Shown here: positions 33,772 to 34,557 of the stretch, in pieces
Numbering within the stretch: position 1 is the first letter of the stretch
How the letters are laid out: each line of letters starts with the position of its first letter
Source of the DNA: Perkinsus chesapeaki ATCC PRA-425
Taxonomy: Eukaryota; Protista; Perkinsozoa
Assembly: GCA_013115145.1 (NCBI GenBank)
Contig: JAAPAO010000379.1
Coordinates: forward strand, 1 to 34,557
Reading direction: 5' to 3'
DNA: 34,557 nt
Made by a program: the position numbers and the translations under genes
Notes under the pieces: generated by a model
What the model saw: only the letters and a program-made list of their open reading frames with translations
What the model was told of the DNA's origin: nothing
Database searches by the model: none

Positions 33772-34140
33772 AATACCTATTAGTGATAATATCATCATCA
33801 GTAAAGAAGGAGAAGGAGTAGGAGGCATGCTGATCATCATTTTTATAATTATCATCTTTATAAATTCATTACATCATCATCACTCTTATCAATAAGATAG
33901 TACATATACTTCTTATGATAACAATAAGATTATGATGATGATTATTATTATTTGATTATTATTTTGTATTGAATGTATTAGAGACTAATAGTTATACATG
34001 TTATATGGTTATATAACAACAATATTGACCTAAACATGATAATACTATATATCTCTATTACATATTATTAGTGTGTCCTGATGATGATAATAATAATAGT
34101 ATTGAGTTAAAGTAGTATGTTATATATTAAAAGGTTTTTA

Positions 34141-34467
34141 ATGATGATGATGTCAACTACTGCACCAATAGGACCTAAAGGGACTTCTTCTTCTGCAACT
34201 GAATTCTATTGGAGTTCAGATCATAAAGGTATTAGAGCTAACTTTGCATTAGCAAGTGATGGTGCTACTGCTTATATAACATTGGCACCAAATAATATAA
34301 GAAGGAGTCGACAAGTAGGAGTAGATGATAATAATAGGATTAATATACCATCATGGAAGCCATTATTAAGGGCTGATATTATTGGATTTGATCATATAAT
34401 AACAGGAGACAACAACACAACCTCAAAAAGGAAAGGTATTAGGGAATACGAGGCTACTAGGGGATAG
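34141..34467 (+). CDS. First exon of a hypothetical gene, probably continuing beyond the window
   Basis: A stop-free stretch in very AT-rich DNA reads EFYWSSDHKGIRANFALASDGATAYITLAP...WKPLLRADIIGFDH. The stop lies in the adjoining repeat, which is probably intronic. Confidence 0.45.
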   Translation: MMMMSTTAPIGPKGTSSSATEFYWSSDHKGIRANFALASDGATAYITLAPNNIRRSRQVGVDDNNRINIPSWKPLLRADIIGFDHIITGDNNTTSKRKGIREYEATRG

Positions 34468-34557
34468 GGTAGTATAGTGTATGTTGTATAGGGTAGTATA
34501 GTGTATGTTGTATAGGGTAGTATAGTGTATGTTGTATAGGGTAGTATAGTGTATGTT
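34464..34557. repeat. 24-bp minisatellite (ATAGGGTAGTATAGTGTATGTTGT), about 4 copies, truncated by the window end
   Basis: The 24-nt period is visible directly (34464, 34488, 34512, 34536), and the + strand lacks C. Confidence 0.95.

Overview
Eukaryotic, intron-dense protist DNA, most consistent with a perkinsid alveolate (Perkinsus-like). This is inferred from ~45-50 nt GT-AG introns, an alveolate-type CELF gene and PKA-C, and intronless secreted genes. Left to right, the window holds a spliced LRRC23-like leucine-rich-repeat gene, a small stand-alone XRN2-binding-domain (XTBD)-like gene and two multi-exon hypothetical genes (one coiled-coil). These are followed by a small secreted protein, a CELF/Bruno RNA-binding gene (RRM-RRM-WW-RRM), a small single-pass membrane protein and a 442-aa intronless secreted modular protein. 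A DNA-transposon cluster at ~23.7-26.2 kb contains a PIF/Harbinger-like non-autonomous element with CTG target duplication, a second Harbinger-like end, a perfect 22-bp hairpin and a Tc3-like DD34E element. Near 27 kb the sequence shifts abruptly to an AT-rich compartment carrying two hypothetical genes, a stand-alone Myb/SANT-like (Harbinger-type) DNA-binding gene, the PKA catalytic subunit and a partial gene. Six different minisatellites occur, five inside introns and one probably intronic; two of them contain assembly gaps. All gene models were built by eye from splice-site and phase consistency, and family calls come from remembered motifs, not database searches.
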